Of a stretch of DNA of 32,923 nucleotides, positions 1-8,332 are shown in pieces. A program made the position numbers and the translations under genes. Below the pieces are notes generated by a model. It had not been told where the DNA came from. It was given only the letters and a program-made list of their open reading frames with translations, and made no database searches. How positions within the stretch are numbered: position 1 is the first letter of the stretch; each line of letters opens with the position of its first letter. Source of the DNA: Thermoanaerobaculia bacterium (GTDB taxonomy: Bacteria > Acidobacteriota > Thermoanaerobaculia > Multivoradales > JAGPDF01); the NCBI GenBank assembly GCA_043737505.1, contig JAYTAM010000266.1, positions 1 through 32,923 on the forward strand. Direction: 5' to 3'.

Positions 1-1411
1 CGAGGGAGTGGGCCATGCTGGCGCGGTCGACTTTGGTGAGCACCTGCTCGCACATGAACGCCTTGATGTCGAGCCATTGGACGCGTTGGAGCGGCGGCAG
101 CTCGGGCCGCACCAGGCTGCGGTAGAACCAAGCCGGGTCGTCCGGCAAGTGGGCGTGGAGATCGGGATGGAGAAGCCCGGCGAGCCGCGGGCGATCGAAG
201 CCTCCCATCGACATCGCCCCGGCGTAGAAGGCCGTAAGGTCACCGGCCGCGGGATCGCCGGCCTCGCGCGCCAGCATGAACTCGCGCTGCCAGGTGTAGC
301 CGCAGAAGATCTCGTCGGCGCCTTCGCCGGAGAGCACCGCCTTGACGCTCTGCGCGGCGAGGTGCGAGACGGCGAACGTGGGCACGGTCGAGATGTCGGC
401 GAGCGGCTCGTCGAAGGTCCAGGCCAGACGGTGGGTGAGCTCGAGGCTTTCGCTGCCGAGCACGCGGCTGCGATGCTCGAAGCCCAGATGCTGCGCCACC
501 AACTCGGCGTAGCGGTGCTCGCTCTGCGGCCAGTTCTCGAAACCGATCGCGAAGGTCTCTGCGCGGTAGCCGATGCGCTCGAGATAGAGGACGAGAGCCG
601 AGGAGTCGTAGCCGCCGCTCAGAAAAGAGCCGAGGGCGACGTCGCTCTCGAGATGCTGACGCACCGCCGACTCGAGATACGCATCCACCTCGGCAGCGGC
701 TACGGCCAGCGTCGCCTGACGAGCGCCCGGGGAGAGCGTCCAGTACTCGCCGGTCGTGAGTGCGCCGTCGCTGCCGTAACGCAGCCAGGTAGCCGGAGGA
801 AGCTTGGCCAGCCCCTTCCAGATGCACTTCGGGCTCGGCACGTAGCGGTAGACGAGGTAGTCGCAGAGCGCCGACCAGTCGACTTCGCGCGGTACCGCCG
901 GATGGGCCAGGAGGCCTTTCGCTTCGGAGGCGAAGAGCAGCCGGTCGGCGCCGTCGGCGTAGTAGAAGAGCGGCTTGATCCCGAATCGGTCACGAGCGAG
1001 GAAGAGCTCCTGTTCGCGTTCGTCCCAGAGTCCGAAGGCGAACATGCCCTTGAGGCGCGGGAGAACTCCAAGCCCCCACTCCTCGAACCCGTGCAGCACG
1101 ACCTCGGCGTCGCAGCCGGAGCGGAAGCGGTGGCCGCGAGCCTGGAGATCGGCGCGGAGCTCGCGATGGTTGTAGATCTCGCCGTTGAGCGTCAGCCAGA
1201 GGCGCTCGTCTTCGGATGGCATTGGCTGATGCCCGGCGGCGGAAAGGTCGAGAAACGACAGCCGGCGATGACCGAGCCCCGCCCGGGCGTCGCGCGCCAG
1301 CCAGAGTCCGGCATCATCCGGACCGCGGTGCGCGAGCTTGTCGCGCATGGCGGCGAGAAGAGTGGCGTCGACGGTCCCCCGACGCTCGACCTGCCCGACG
1401 ATGCCGCACAT
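1..1411 (-). CDS. asnB: Asparagine synthase (glutamine-hydrolysing)-family amidotransferase, 3' end outside the window
   Basis: Missing from the ORF track. Manual translation from ATG at 1411 gives MCGIVGQVERRGTVDATLLAAMRDKLAHRGPDDAG...GHRRLSFLDLSAAGHQPM...NGEIYNH, the Ntn Cys2 glutaminase signature. A later FLSGGYDSS motif marks the synthetase PP-loop. Confidence 0.93.
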   Translation of the reverse strand, partial: MCGIVGQVERRGTVDATLLAAMRDKLAHRGPDDAGLWLARDARAGLGHRRLSFLDLSAAGHQPMPSEDERLWLTLNGEIYNHRELRADLQARGHRFRSGCDAEVVLHGFEEWGLGVLPRLKGMFAFGLWDEREQELFLARDRFGIKPLFYYADGADRLLFASEAKGLLAHPAVPREVDWSALCDYLVYRYVPSPKCIWKGLAKLPPATWLRYGSDGALTTGEYWTLSPGARQATLAVAAAEVDAYLESAVRQHLESDVALGSFLSGGYDSSALVLYLERIGYRAETFAIGFENWPQSEHRYAELVAQHLGFEHRSRVLGSESLELTHRLAWTFDEPLADISTVPTFAVSHLAAQSVKAVLSGEGADEIFCGYTWQREFMLAREAGDPAAGDLTAFYAGAMSMGGFDRPRLAGLLHPDLHAHLPDDPAWFYRSLVRPELPPLQRVQWLDIKAFMCEQVLTKVDRASMAHSL

Positions 1412-1436
1412 GGAGGTCTGCTCTCCGGCCTGTCGG

Positions 1437-2462
1437 TCAGAAGTCGCCGGCGGTGGCGAAGTTCGCGCGCAGCACGGCGAGGTGGCGGGGGATCTTCGCC
1501 AGCCCTTTGGGAAAGAGGGCGAAGTGCAGCGGCAGGAGCGGCCAGAGCTCGACGTGGCGCCCGACCGCGATCGCCAGCACGGTCGGCGGCAACCACTCCT
1601 CGTAGAAGTCGTTCAAGAAGTAGAGGAACTTGAATCGCAGTTGCCGCCTGGGGAGATAGGGGAACTTCCAGGCGGAGAACATGAGCGCGGTGAAGGCGAG
1701 GAAGAGGACAAATCCGACCCAGACCGGTGCCGCCGGGGCGAGCAGCACGAGCAGGCCGGCGAGGGCGCCGAACTCGAGCGGCAGGAGAAGACGATTGATC
1801 AGGGCGAGTGCCGGGAGGGGACCGACGGCCAGGACGAAAGTGCGCAGGCCGGCGCGGCGATCGTTGAACCGGTCGCCGAGCTGGTGGAGCAGGATGTTCC
1901 GCAGCCCCTTGCAGAGCAGAACGAGGCCGACGAGGAGCGCCGCCGCCCAGGCGCTCCCGCTGCGGCCGAACGCCGTCGTGAGCTCCGGGAAGAAGGTGAA
2001 GAGGGCGATCGCCACCGGCAGGAGGTGGCCGTAGAGCGCGTCGGCCACGACGCCCCAGGCGCCGCGCTCCTTGAGACGGAACGGTCGCGCCGAGTAGAGC
2101 GCGAGGACGGCGATCTGCAGCCCGAGCAGGGCGAGATTGAAACGGTTGACGGGCAGCCGGGCCCAGGGAGCGAGTCCGGCAGCCAGCAGGACGAACAGGA
2201 TCGCGACCCGCATCGCCGGTGTTGTTCCGGCCGCCGCGTTGGCCTTGCCGGCCGTCCGGTCGGCGGCGATGTCGCAGACGTCGTTGAGGAAGTACCCGAA
2301 ACCGGCGATGCCGACGACGCTGGCGAGGAAGAGCGGCAGGCTGAAGAGCAGATCGCCGGGAGCGAGCGCACCGAGGGCGGCGGCGAGATAGACGGTGGCG
2401 AGAATCGGCGGCACGATGTGATGCCACCACATCGAAAAACGCAGGGGCCGGAGGCCGGGCAT
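1437..2462 (-). CDS. UbiA-family prenyltransferase, integral membrane
   Basis: Asp-rich motifs YFLNDVCDIAADRTAGK and HQLGDRFNDRRAGLRT plus multiple hydrophobic helices. Start chosen at ATG 2462 (MPGLRP); the ORF track extends to 2552. Confidence 0.85.
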   Translation of the reverse strand: MPGLRPLRFSMWWHHIVPPILATVYLAAALGALAPGDLLFSLPLFLASVVGIAGFGYFLNDVCDIAADRTAGKANAAAGTTPAMRVAILFVLLAAGLAPWARLPVNRFNLALLGLQIAVLALYSARPFRLKERGAWGVVADALYGHLLPVAIALFTFFPELTTAFGRSGSAWAAALLVGLVLLCKGLRNILLHQLGDRFNDRRAGLRTFVLAVGPLPALALINRLLLPLEFGALAGLLVLLAPAAPVWVGFVLFLAFTALMFSAWKFPYLPRRQLRFKFLYFLNDFYEEWLPPTVLAIAVGRHVELWPLLPLHFALFPKGLAKIPRHLAVLRANFATAGDF

Positions 2463-2579
2463 CGTCGCGCTGAAGTCTACGCCGGTTCGCGGTCGCTCGC
2501 GGACGCTTCCGTTCGCGGTGCGGCGCACCGGCTGCGGTGCGTGCGGTAGCATCGGAGGTCTTCACCGAGGAGTCGAGCC

Positions 2580-3596
2580 CTGAAACCTGAGACTTCTACG
2601 AGCCGTTCCGGCTCTGCCCGCTCACCGGTCCGGAAAGCGCTCTGGGCGGCCGCTCTGCTGCTGCTCGCGCTCGGTGGCGCCGAGCTCGCTCTGCGTCCCT
2701 TCGTGGCACCCTGGACTCTGACGGCGGTCTTCCGTTTCGACGCCGGCCGGAACCCCTGCTACGCGCTCGAGCCGGGAAGCAAGGCGATCTATGAAGGTTG
2801 GTTCACCCCGGTCCGGCCCACCCGCCTGGTGATCAACAGCAAGGGCTACCGCGACCGCGAGTATCCGCCTGAAGCCCCGGCCGGAACGCTGCGCATCGCC
2901 CTCCTCGGCGACAGCCATGCGTTCGGCCTCGGCACCCAGCTCGAGGAGGGCCTCGCCCGACGCCTCGAGGGGGATCTCGCCCAGCGCCTCGGGCGGCAGG
3001 TCGAGGTCGTGAACGCCGGCGTCCCGGGCTACGACCTGCCGAAGGAGGTGTCGCGCGCGGCAGCGGTCCTCGACGACTACTCCCCGGAGCTGTTGCTCTT
3101 CCTGGTCGGGCATCAGGACCTCGAAGATCGCCCTTGCTCCTACTGGAAGGCACCGGTCTGGCCGCTCCTCTCCCGTTCGCGGCTCGCAGTGGCCGCCTTC
3201 GTGAGCCTGGTCGTCCGACGCCAGGGGCTGCAGCCGATGCCGGACGATGCCCGCCACGCGCTGGTGATGGCACAGGTGGCCGAAGTTCAGCGGCTCGCTC
3301 GCGACGCCCCCGCTTCTCGATCGCGCGGGCCGGTGCGCGTCGCTTTCGCCCAGACCTCGGCCTTTCTGCCGGAGTCGCCCGCCAACGACGCGGCCCTGCT
3401 CTCCGCCGTCGCGACTGCGGGGGTGCGAGTGGTCCCGCTGCTCGAGCCGTGGAAAGCGATCTTCGAGAATCAGGAGCGCTACGTCGTCGCGGGCGAGGGA
3501 CATCCGAACGCCGCCGGGATGGCGCTTCTGGCGCCGGCGCTGGGCGCGGCTCTGGTGGCGGGCGGTGTCGTCGAGCGGGAGGGAGCCGGCTCGTGA
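2580..3596 (+). CDS. SGNH/GDSL hydrolase or acyltransferase-family protein with N-terminal membrane anchor
   Basis: Motifs INSKGYRD, LLGDSHAFG (catalytic Ser), VNAGVPGY and GEGHPN. The N-terminal anchor ALWAAALLLLALGGAELALR lies upstream of the ORF-track start, so CTG 2580 after GAGGAG is proposed as the start. Confidence 0.8.
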   Translation: MKPETSTSRSGSARSPVRKALWAAALLLLALGGAELALRPFVAPWTLTAVFRFDAGRNPCYALEPGSKAIYEGWFTPVRPTRLVINSKGYRDREYPPEAPAGTLRIALLGDSHAFGLGTQLEEGLARRLEGDLAQRLGRQVEVVNAGVPGYDLPKEVSRAAAVLDDYSPELLLFLVGHQDLEDRPCSYWKAPVWPLLSRSRLAVAAFVSLVVRRQGLQPMPDDARHALVMAQVAEVQRLARDAPASRSRGPVRVAFAQTSAFLPESPANDAALLSAVATAGVRVVPLLEPWKAIFENQERYVVAGEGHPNAAGMALLAPALGAALVAGGVVEREGAGS

Positions 3597-5401
3597 CCGC
3601 GCCCGGCCCGACCCCGAAGACCTTCGTTCTGCCCACCGTCGCGCCCACCCAATCGACGTTGCCGAAGGTCTTTCGCGACCCCGCCCTGCAAGCTCGCTAC
3701 GAGCGCGACGGCTACGTCGTCGTTCCGTTTCTCTCACCGGACGAGGTGGGGGAGCTGCGTGCGCGGTATGAAGCGCTGCCCAAGGTCGACGACGCAGGGT
3801 TCTTCGCCAGCCTCTACACGACGAGCGGCGAGTACAAGCGGCAAGCGCATGCAGCTCTCGCCGATCTCGGCCAGAGTCTCTGCGCGACCTTCCTCGAGGG
3901 CTACGAAACGCTGATCGCCAACTTCGTCACCAAGAAGACCGGCGAGCGGAGCCTCATGCCGCCGCACCAGGACTGGAGCTTCGTCGACGAGTCGCGCTTC
4001 GCGTCGATGAACCTATGGCTGCCGCTGGTCGACGTCGACGAGTCGAACGGCGCGATCTACCTCCTTCCCGGTGGTCATCGCCTGCCGTTCACCGTTCGCG
4101 GCACGCTGGTCCCCAACGCCTTCGCGGAGGTCAAGGGCCTCACCTGGGAGAACCTCACCTATCTGCCGATGCGGGCCGGAGAGGCGCTGCTCTACGATCA
4201 CCGGCTCATCCACGCCTCGCCGCCCAACACGACGGGCGGGGTGAGGGTCGCCGCCGCCATGGCGGCGATTCCGAGTGCCGGTTCGCCGGTGCACTATTTC
4301 GCCAATCCGGCGACCCGCCGCCTCGAGATGTACGACGCCAGCCACGAGTTCTTCATGGACTATGTCTTCGGCGAGAACCGCATGCCGGAAGTAGCGAGCC
4401 TGGCGGCGGTCTGCGAGGGGCCGGTGCGCGCATTCGCCGAGGAGGAGATCGCCCCGCTCTACGGATCGCGCCCGCTCTTCCGCCAGCCCGAGCTTCAGCA
4501 GCGCTTCGAGCGCGACGGCTATGTTGTGGTGCCCTTCCTGCCCCCCGAGACCTGCGCCCGCATCCTGGCCCTGTTCGAGCGCCTCGACTCGGGAATCGTC
4601 TCCGGCTTCTATTCGAGTCTGTTCAGCGCCAGCCGCGATTACAAGGAGTCGGTCGATCGCGAAATCCGCGCCCTGGTGGGCGAGGCCCCGGCTGCCTGGC
4701 TCGATGCCTATCGTCCGCTGGTGGCGAACTTCGTCGTCAAGCTGCCCGGGCCGGCGAGCGATCTGCCGGTGCATCAGGACTGGAACATCGTCGACGAACG
4801 CCGCTTCCGTTCGCTCAACTGCTGGTTCCCGCTCACCGAGGTTGGCGAAGCTGAAGGGCAGCTGCGCGTGATGCCGGGCAGTCATCGGCTTTTCGGCGGC
4901 CTGCGCGGCAGTCCGGCCTTTCCGTCCGAGGTCGATCTGGTGCGAGACGCGATCCGCGAGCGCCACCTCGTCCCGCTCTCCGTGAAGGTGGGCGAGGCGG
5001 TGATCCATGACAATCGCCTGGTGCACGCCTCGGCGGCCAACCTGTCGCAGGCACCGCGGGTCGCCGTCTGCCTCAACATGATTCCGGAGGCGGCGCAGCC
5101 GCTGCACTGGTACCGCGCGCCCGACGGCACCGTCGAGTGCTTCCACGTCGACGACGGCTTCTTCACTTCGTTCCAGATCGGCGAACGCCCGACCGGCACG
5201 CCGGTGGCAGCGCTCGCCGACTATCGCCCGGCGCCGCTGTCGGCCGCAAGGCTCGAGGCCTGGGTGGAGGAGCAGCGCGGCGAGCGGGCGCCTTTTTCGG
5301 CGACGGCTTCGGAACCGGCGCCGCGCTCCGAAGGGGGCCTCCTGCGCCGGCTGCTGCGCCGTCTCAGCCGGCGGAGCGGGGACGCGGCTTCCGCGCCTTG
5401 A
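3593..5401 (+). CDS. Phytanoyl-CoA dioxygenase (PhyH)-family Fe(II)/2OG oxygenase with two tandem domains
   Basis: Two copies of ERDGYVVVPFL...HQDW...W.PL...PG.H...D.RL(I/V)HAS..N....R. The GTG start overlaps the upstream stop (GTGA). Confidence 0.88.
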   Translation: MTAPGPTPKTFVLPTVAPTQSTLPKVFRDPALQARYERDGYVVVPFLSPDEVGELRARYEALPKVDDAGFFASLYTTSGEYKRQAHAALADLGQSLCATFLEGYETLIANFVTKKTGERSLMPPHQDWSFVDESRFASMNLWLPLVDVDESNGAIYLLPGGHRLPFTVRGTLVPNAFAEVKGLTWENLTYLPMRAGEALLYDHRLIHASPPNTTGGVRVAAAMAAIPSAGSPVHYFANPATRRLEMYDASHEFFMDYVFGENRMPEVASLAAVCEGPVRAFAEEEIAPLYGSRPLFRQPELQQRFERDGYVVVPFLPPETCARILALFERLDSGIVSGFYSSLFSASRDYKESVDREIRALVGEAPAAWLDAYRPLVANFVVKLPGPASDLPVHQDWNIVDERRFRSLNCWFPLTEVGEAEGQLRVMPGSHRLFGGLRGSPAFPSEVDLVRDAIRERHLVPLSVKVGEAVIHDNRLVHASAANLSQAPRVAVCLNMIPEAAQPLHWYRAPDGTVECFHVDDGFFTSFQIGERPTGTPVAALADYRPAPLSAARLEAWVEEQRGERAPFSATASEPAPRSEGGLLRRLLRRLSRRSGDAASAP

Positions 5402-6212
5402 GCTCGAGCCAGTCGAGGAAAGTCACTGGCGGACCCTCGTAGATATCGATTTCGTTGTCCGCCACGAAGGCGTTGCCGAGCTCGTGCTGGGTGGCCAGCG
5501 GTGGTTCGCGCAGCCATTCGAGCGTCAGGCCAGCGCGCTCGAGCGCGCGGAGAAACGGACGCTGCTCCTTGACGTCGAGACTGAAATGCCGGTTGACGTT
5601 GGCGATCGCCCGCGCGACCCGGGCGCGCTCGGCACGCTCGGGGATCCGGGCGCGCTGGAAGAGATCCTTGACGTAGAGCACGCCGCCGGGCTTGAGGACG
5701 CGGCAAGCGGCGGCGAGCGCCACTTGCGGATGCTCCGAGTGCACGAGGGACTCGAGAAACAGCACCGCGTCGAAGCTGTCGCGGGCGTAGAGCTCGTCGA
5801 GGCGATGATAGTCGCCCAGCTTGACCTCCACCCGGTCCGTCGCGTCGGAGCGCGAGATCCGTAGCTGGGCCTCAGCCACCTGCTTCGGCGAGATGTTGAG
5901 CGCTTGAACGTGCACCCCGCGATGACGCGCCAGCCAGAGCGCCGGCCCGGCAATCCCGCAGCCGGCGTCGAGAACCCGCATGCCGGGGGCGAGCTCCGCC
6001 TGGTCGGCAATGTGGGTGAAGAGCTCTCGCAGGTCCACCGTGCGCTGCGACTGGAAGGTGTCGCCAAAGGCCGCCATGTAGCGCTCGTGCCAATCGTCGT
6101 AGTAGCGCGCGACGCGCGCGGAGCTCCACTCGACGGGGCTGTGACCCCGGGAGTCGCCGGCGTCGTCGGTGTCCCGCAGGCGCCGTAGCCGGTCGATCCA
6201 TTTCGAGAACAA
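5364..6212 (-). CDS. Class I SAM-dependent methyltransferase (tocopherol/sterol/CFA-like)
   Basis: VARYYD and VLDAGCGIAG motif I, plus LESLVH and VLKPGG. TTG start with a GAGGAG RBS. Confidence 0.88.
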   Translation of the reverse strand: MFSKWIDRLRRLRDTDDAGDSRGHSPVEWSSARVARYYDDWHERYMAAFGDTFQSQRTVDLRELFTHIADQAELAPGMRVLDAGCGIAGPALWLARHRGVHVQALNISPKQVAEAQLRISRSDATDRVEVKLGDYHRLDELYARDSFDAVLFLESLVHSEHPQVALAAACRVLKPGGVLYVKDLFQRARIPERAERARVARAIANVNRHFSLDVKEQRPFLRALERAGLTLEWLREPPLATQHELGNAFVADNEIDIYEGPPVTFLDWLELKARKPRPRSAG

Positions 6213-6241
6213 GAGCTCTCCTCGGGACTAGAATGCCGACC

Positions 6242-6277
6242 GTGGACTCCGCAGACCCCGCAGACCTCGCAGACCCC
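6242..6277 (+). repeat. 9-bp tandem micro-repeat (GTGGACTCC GCAGACCCC GCAGACCTC GCAGACCCC)
   Basis: Read directly in the intergenic region upstream of wzt. Confidence 0.8.
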
Positions 6278-6285
6278 GGAGATCG

Positions 6286-7632
6286 ATGAGCTCGCCGGCG
6301 CTGGTCAGCGTCGAGGCGGTGTCGAAGAAGTACTGCCGCGACCTCGACAGGTCCCTGCGCTATGGGCTGCAGGATATCGCGCGCGCTCTCGTCGGCCGCG
6401 GCGCCGATCCGGGGCGGCTGCGGCAGGGCGAGTTCTGGGCGTTGCGCGAAGTCTCGCTCGAGCTGGGTGGCGGCGAGTGCGTCGGCGTCATCGGACCCAA
6501 CGGCGCCGGCAAGAGCACGCTGCTCAAACTCATCCACGGTCGCCTGCCGCCGGATCGCGGACGGATCCGGCTGCGCGGGAAGCTGGCGGCGATCTCCGAG
6601 CTCGGCATCGGATTCAACCCGGTGCTCTCCGGCCGCGAGAACATCTTTCACAACGCTGCACTCCTCGGGCTATCGCGCAACGCGACGGAGGAGCTGCTGG
6701 ACGAGATCATCGCGTTCTCGGAACTCGAGGAGTTCATCGACGCGCCGGTGTTCACCTACAGCTCCGGCATGCGCGCGCGCCTCGGGTACTCCGTGGCGGC
6801 CCACCTCGAGCCGGACGCCCTGCTGATCGACGAGGTCCTGACGGTCGGTGACCTCGCCTTCCGGCGCAAGTGCGTGCAGCACATGCAGCGCTTTCTGGCG
6901 CGTGGCAAGTCGGTTCTGCTGGTTTCGCACGACATGTACACCGTACAGACTCTCTGTGCGCGGGCCATCTACCTCGAACGAGGCGAAGTGGCCTTCGCCG
7001 GAACGAGCGCGGAAGCGGTCAACCGCTACCTCAAGGCGAGACGGGAGTTCGAGCCCGCCGGGGCGCCACGGCCGGGAACCGGACCCGACGCGCGCCCGGT
7101 CGGCCTGTCCGACGAGACCCCGGAGACGGTGGGCGGGGACGGCGGGCGCTGGCGGGCCGAAGGGATTCGGCCGCCTAGTGCGCGCGAGCCGGTCGTGCTG
7201 ACAGAAGTCGCGATCGAGGCGGTCGATGGGGGGGAGCTCCGGAGCGGCTGCGCCGCCCGCGTGAGCGTGCGCTATCGCGCTCTGGAAGCGCGGGCGGAAC
7301 TGTTCTGGGCCTTCCGCATTGCGACCGCGGATCTGCTGGTGCAGGTGACTTCGGGCATCCTGCCGGCCGAGAGTTTTCCCGGCAATCGCCTCGCGGCGGG
7401 CGAAGGCACGCTCTCCTGTGTCGTTCCCCGCCTGACGCTCACCGCCGGCACCTACGCCATGCGAGTGGTGTTCGCCGAGCCCGGCGGCGGACTGCTGGTG
7501 ATGTTCGGCTTCGAGGAGGCGCCGCTCTACTTCAGCGTCGCCTCCGGTGCGAACGCGGTCGACAACCTGCACGAGATGTCCGGCGATCTGGTCACCCTCG
7601 TGGTCGAGGGCGAGAGCTCCGCGACGGGCTAG
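6286..7632 (+). CDS. wzt: Polysaccharide/teichoic-acid ABC exporter ATP-binding subunit with C-terminal Wzt_C-like domain
   Basis: EFWALREVS, Walker A GPNGAGKST, GFNPVLSGRENI, signature YSSGMRARLGYS, Walker B IDEVLTVGD, VSHD switch and a C-terminal beta-sandwich (LTAGTY). Confidence 0.88.
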   Translation: MSSPALVSVEAVSKKYCRDLDRSLRYGLQDIARALVGRGADPGRLRQGEFWALREVSLELGGGECVGVIGPNGAGKSTLLKLIHGRLPPDRGRIRLRGKLAAISELGIGFNPVLSGRENIFHNAALLGLSRNATEELLDEIIAFSELEEFIDAPVFTYSSGMRARLGYSVAAHLEPDALLIDEVLTVGDLAFRRKCVQHMQRFLARGKSVLLVSHDMYTVQTLCARAIYLERGEVAFAGTSAEAVNRYLKARREFEPAGAPRPGTGPDARPVGLSDETPETVGGDGGRWRAEGIRPPSAREPVVLTEVAIEAVDGGELRSGCAARVSVRYRALEARAELFWAFRIATADLLVQVTSGILPAESFPGNRLAAGEGTLSCVVPRLTLTAGTYAMRVVFAEPGGGLLVMFGFEEAPLYFSVASGANAVDNLHEMSGDLVTLVVEGESSATG

Positions 7633-7648
7633 AGCCCGGAGAAGCCAG

Positions 7649-8233
7649 TCAGGGGCCCTTCGGCTTACGATCGAGCTCCGGAATCACCTCACCGCGGGCG
7701 TGGCACTCGACGAGCTGGGTGAGCCGGCGCAGCCGGGTCGCCTCCTGTTTGGCGGAGACGATCTTCCAGACCGCGGTCTTGCGGTACCAGGCGGGGCGGG
7801 AATCGAAGTCGGCTGCTGCCTTCGCATTGCGGTCGAGCCGCGCGCGGTAGTCGGGCGGCAGTTCCTGCGGGCGTTGCTCGTAGGCGTAGATGCCGGAGCG
7901 GTTCTCCTGACGCCGGGCGAAAGCGGCGCGTCCGGCGTCGGTCATCCGGCCGCTCTTCTCGAGCGTATCGACCTTGGCGATGTTGACGGCGCTCCAGACG
8001 CTGCCGGCTTTGCGCGGCGTGAAGCGGATCGAGTAGGCGGTGTCGTCGACCCGCCGCCGCACGCCGTCGATCCAGCCGAAACAGAGCGCTTCGTCGACCG
8101 ACTCCGGCCAGGTGAGGCTGGGCTTGCCGCTGTCGCGCTTGTAGAAGCCGACCAGGAGCTCGCTCGCGTCGGCGTGATGCTGCTCGAGCCAGCTGCGGAA
8201 GGCGGCGGGAGTGGGGAAGAATCGCGGCACCAT
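7649..8233 (-). CDS. YdeI/OmpD-associated family protein
   Basis: F..WL..HH, EALCFGWIDG, RFTPRK..SVWS..N and AKQEATRLRRL motifs. Start at ATG 8233. Confidence 0.88.
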   Translation of the reverse strand: MVPRFFPTPAAFRSWLEQHHADASELLVGFYKRDSGKPSLTWPESVDEALCFGWIDGVRRRVDDTAYSIRFTPRKAGSVWSAVNIAKVDTLEKSGRMTDAGRAAFARRQENRSGIYAYEQRPQELPPDYRARLDRNAKAAADFDSRPAWYRKTAVWKIVSAKQEATRLRRLTQLVECHARGEVIPELDRKPKGP

Positions 8234-8332
8234 GGAGCTAGCGTACCTCCGCGGCGGCGACGCGCGAAAAGTGCGGGTGTCGTAGAGCGCGACCGTGCTA
8301 ACTTCGGCCGAACTTTCCTTCAAGGGTGATGC

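Noticed and set aside
1-1411. asnB as a lasso-peptide cyclase
   Set aside because: It has an intact MCGI glutaminase domain, and no B protein or precursor is visible.
8-1633. 541-aa plus-strand ORF, and the 403-aa ORF at 1338-2549
   Set aside because: Antisense shadows of asnB and the UbiA gene. They carry no motifs and are expected in high-GC DNA.
3134-3592. N-terminal extension of the PhyH ORF in the track
   Set aside because: It overlaps the SGNH gene in another frame. The GTGA-coupled start at 3593 is more plausible.
5364-5401. 38-nt convergent overlap of the phyH and methyltransferase 3' ends
   Set aside because: Short tail-to-tail overlaps are common in high-GC genomes, and there is no further evidence of function.
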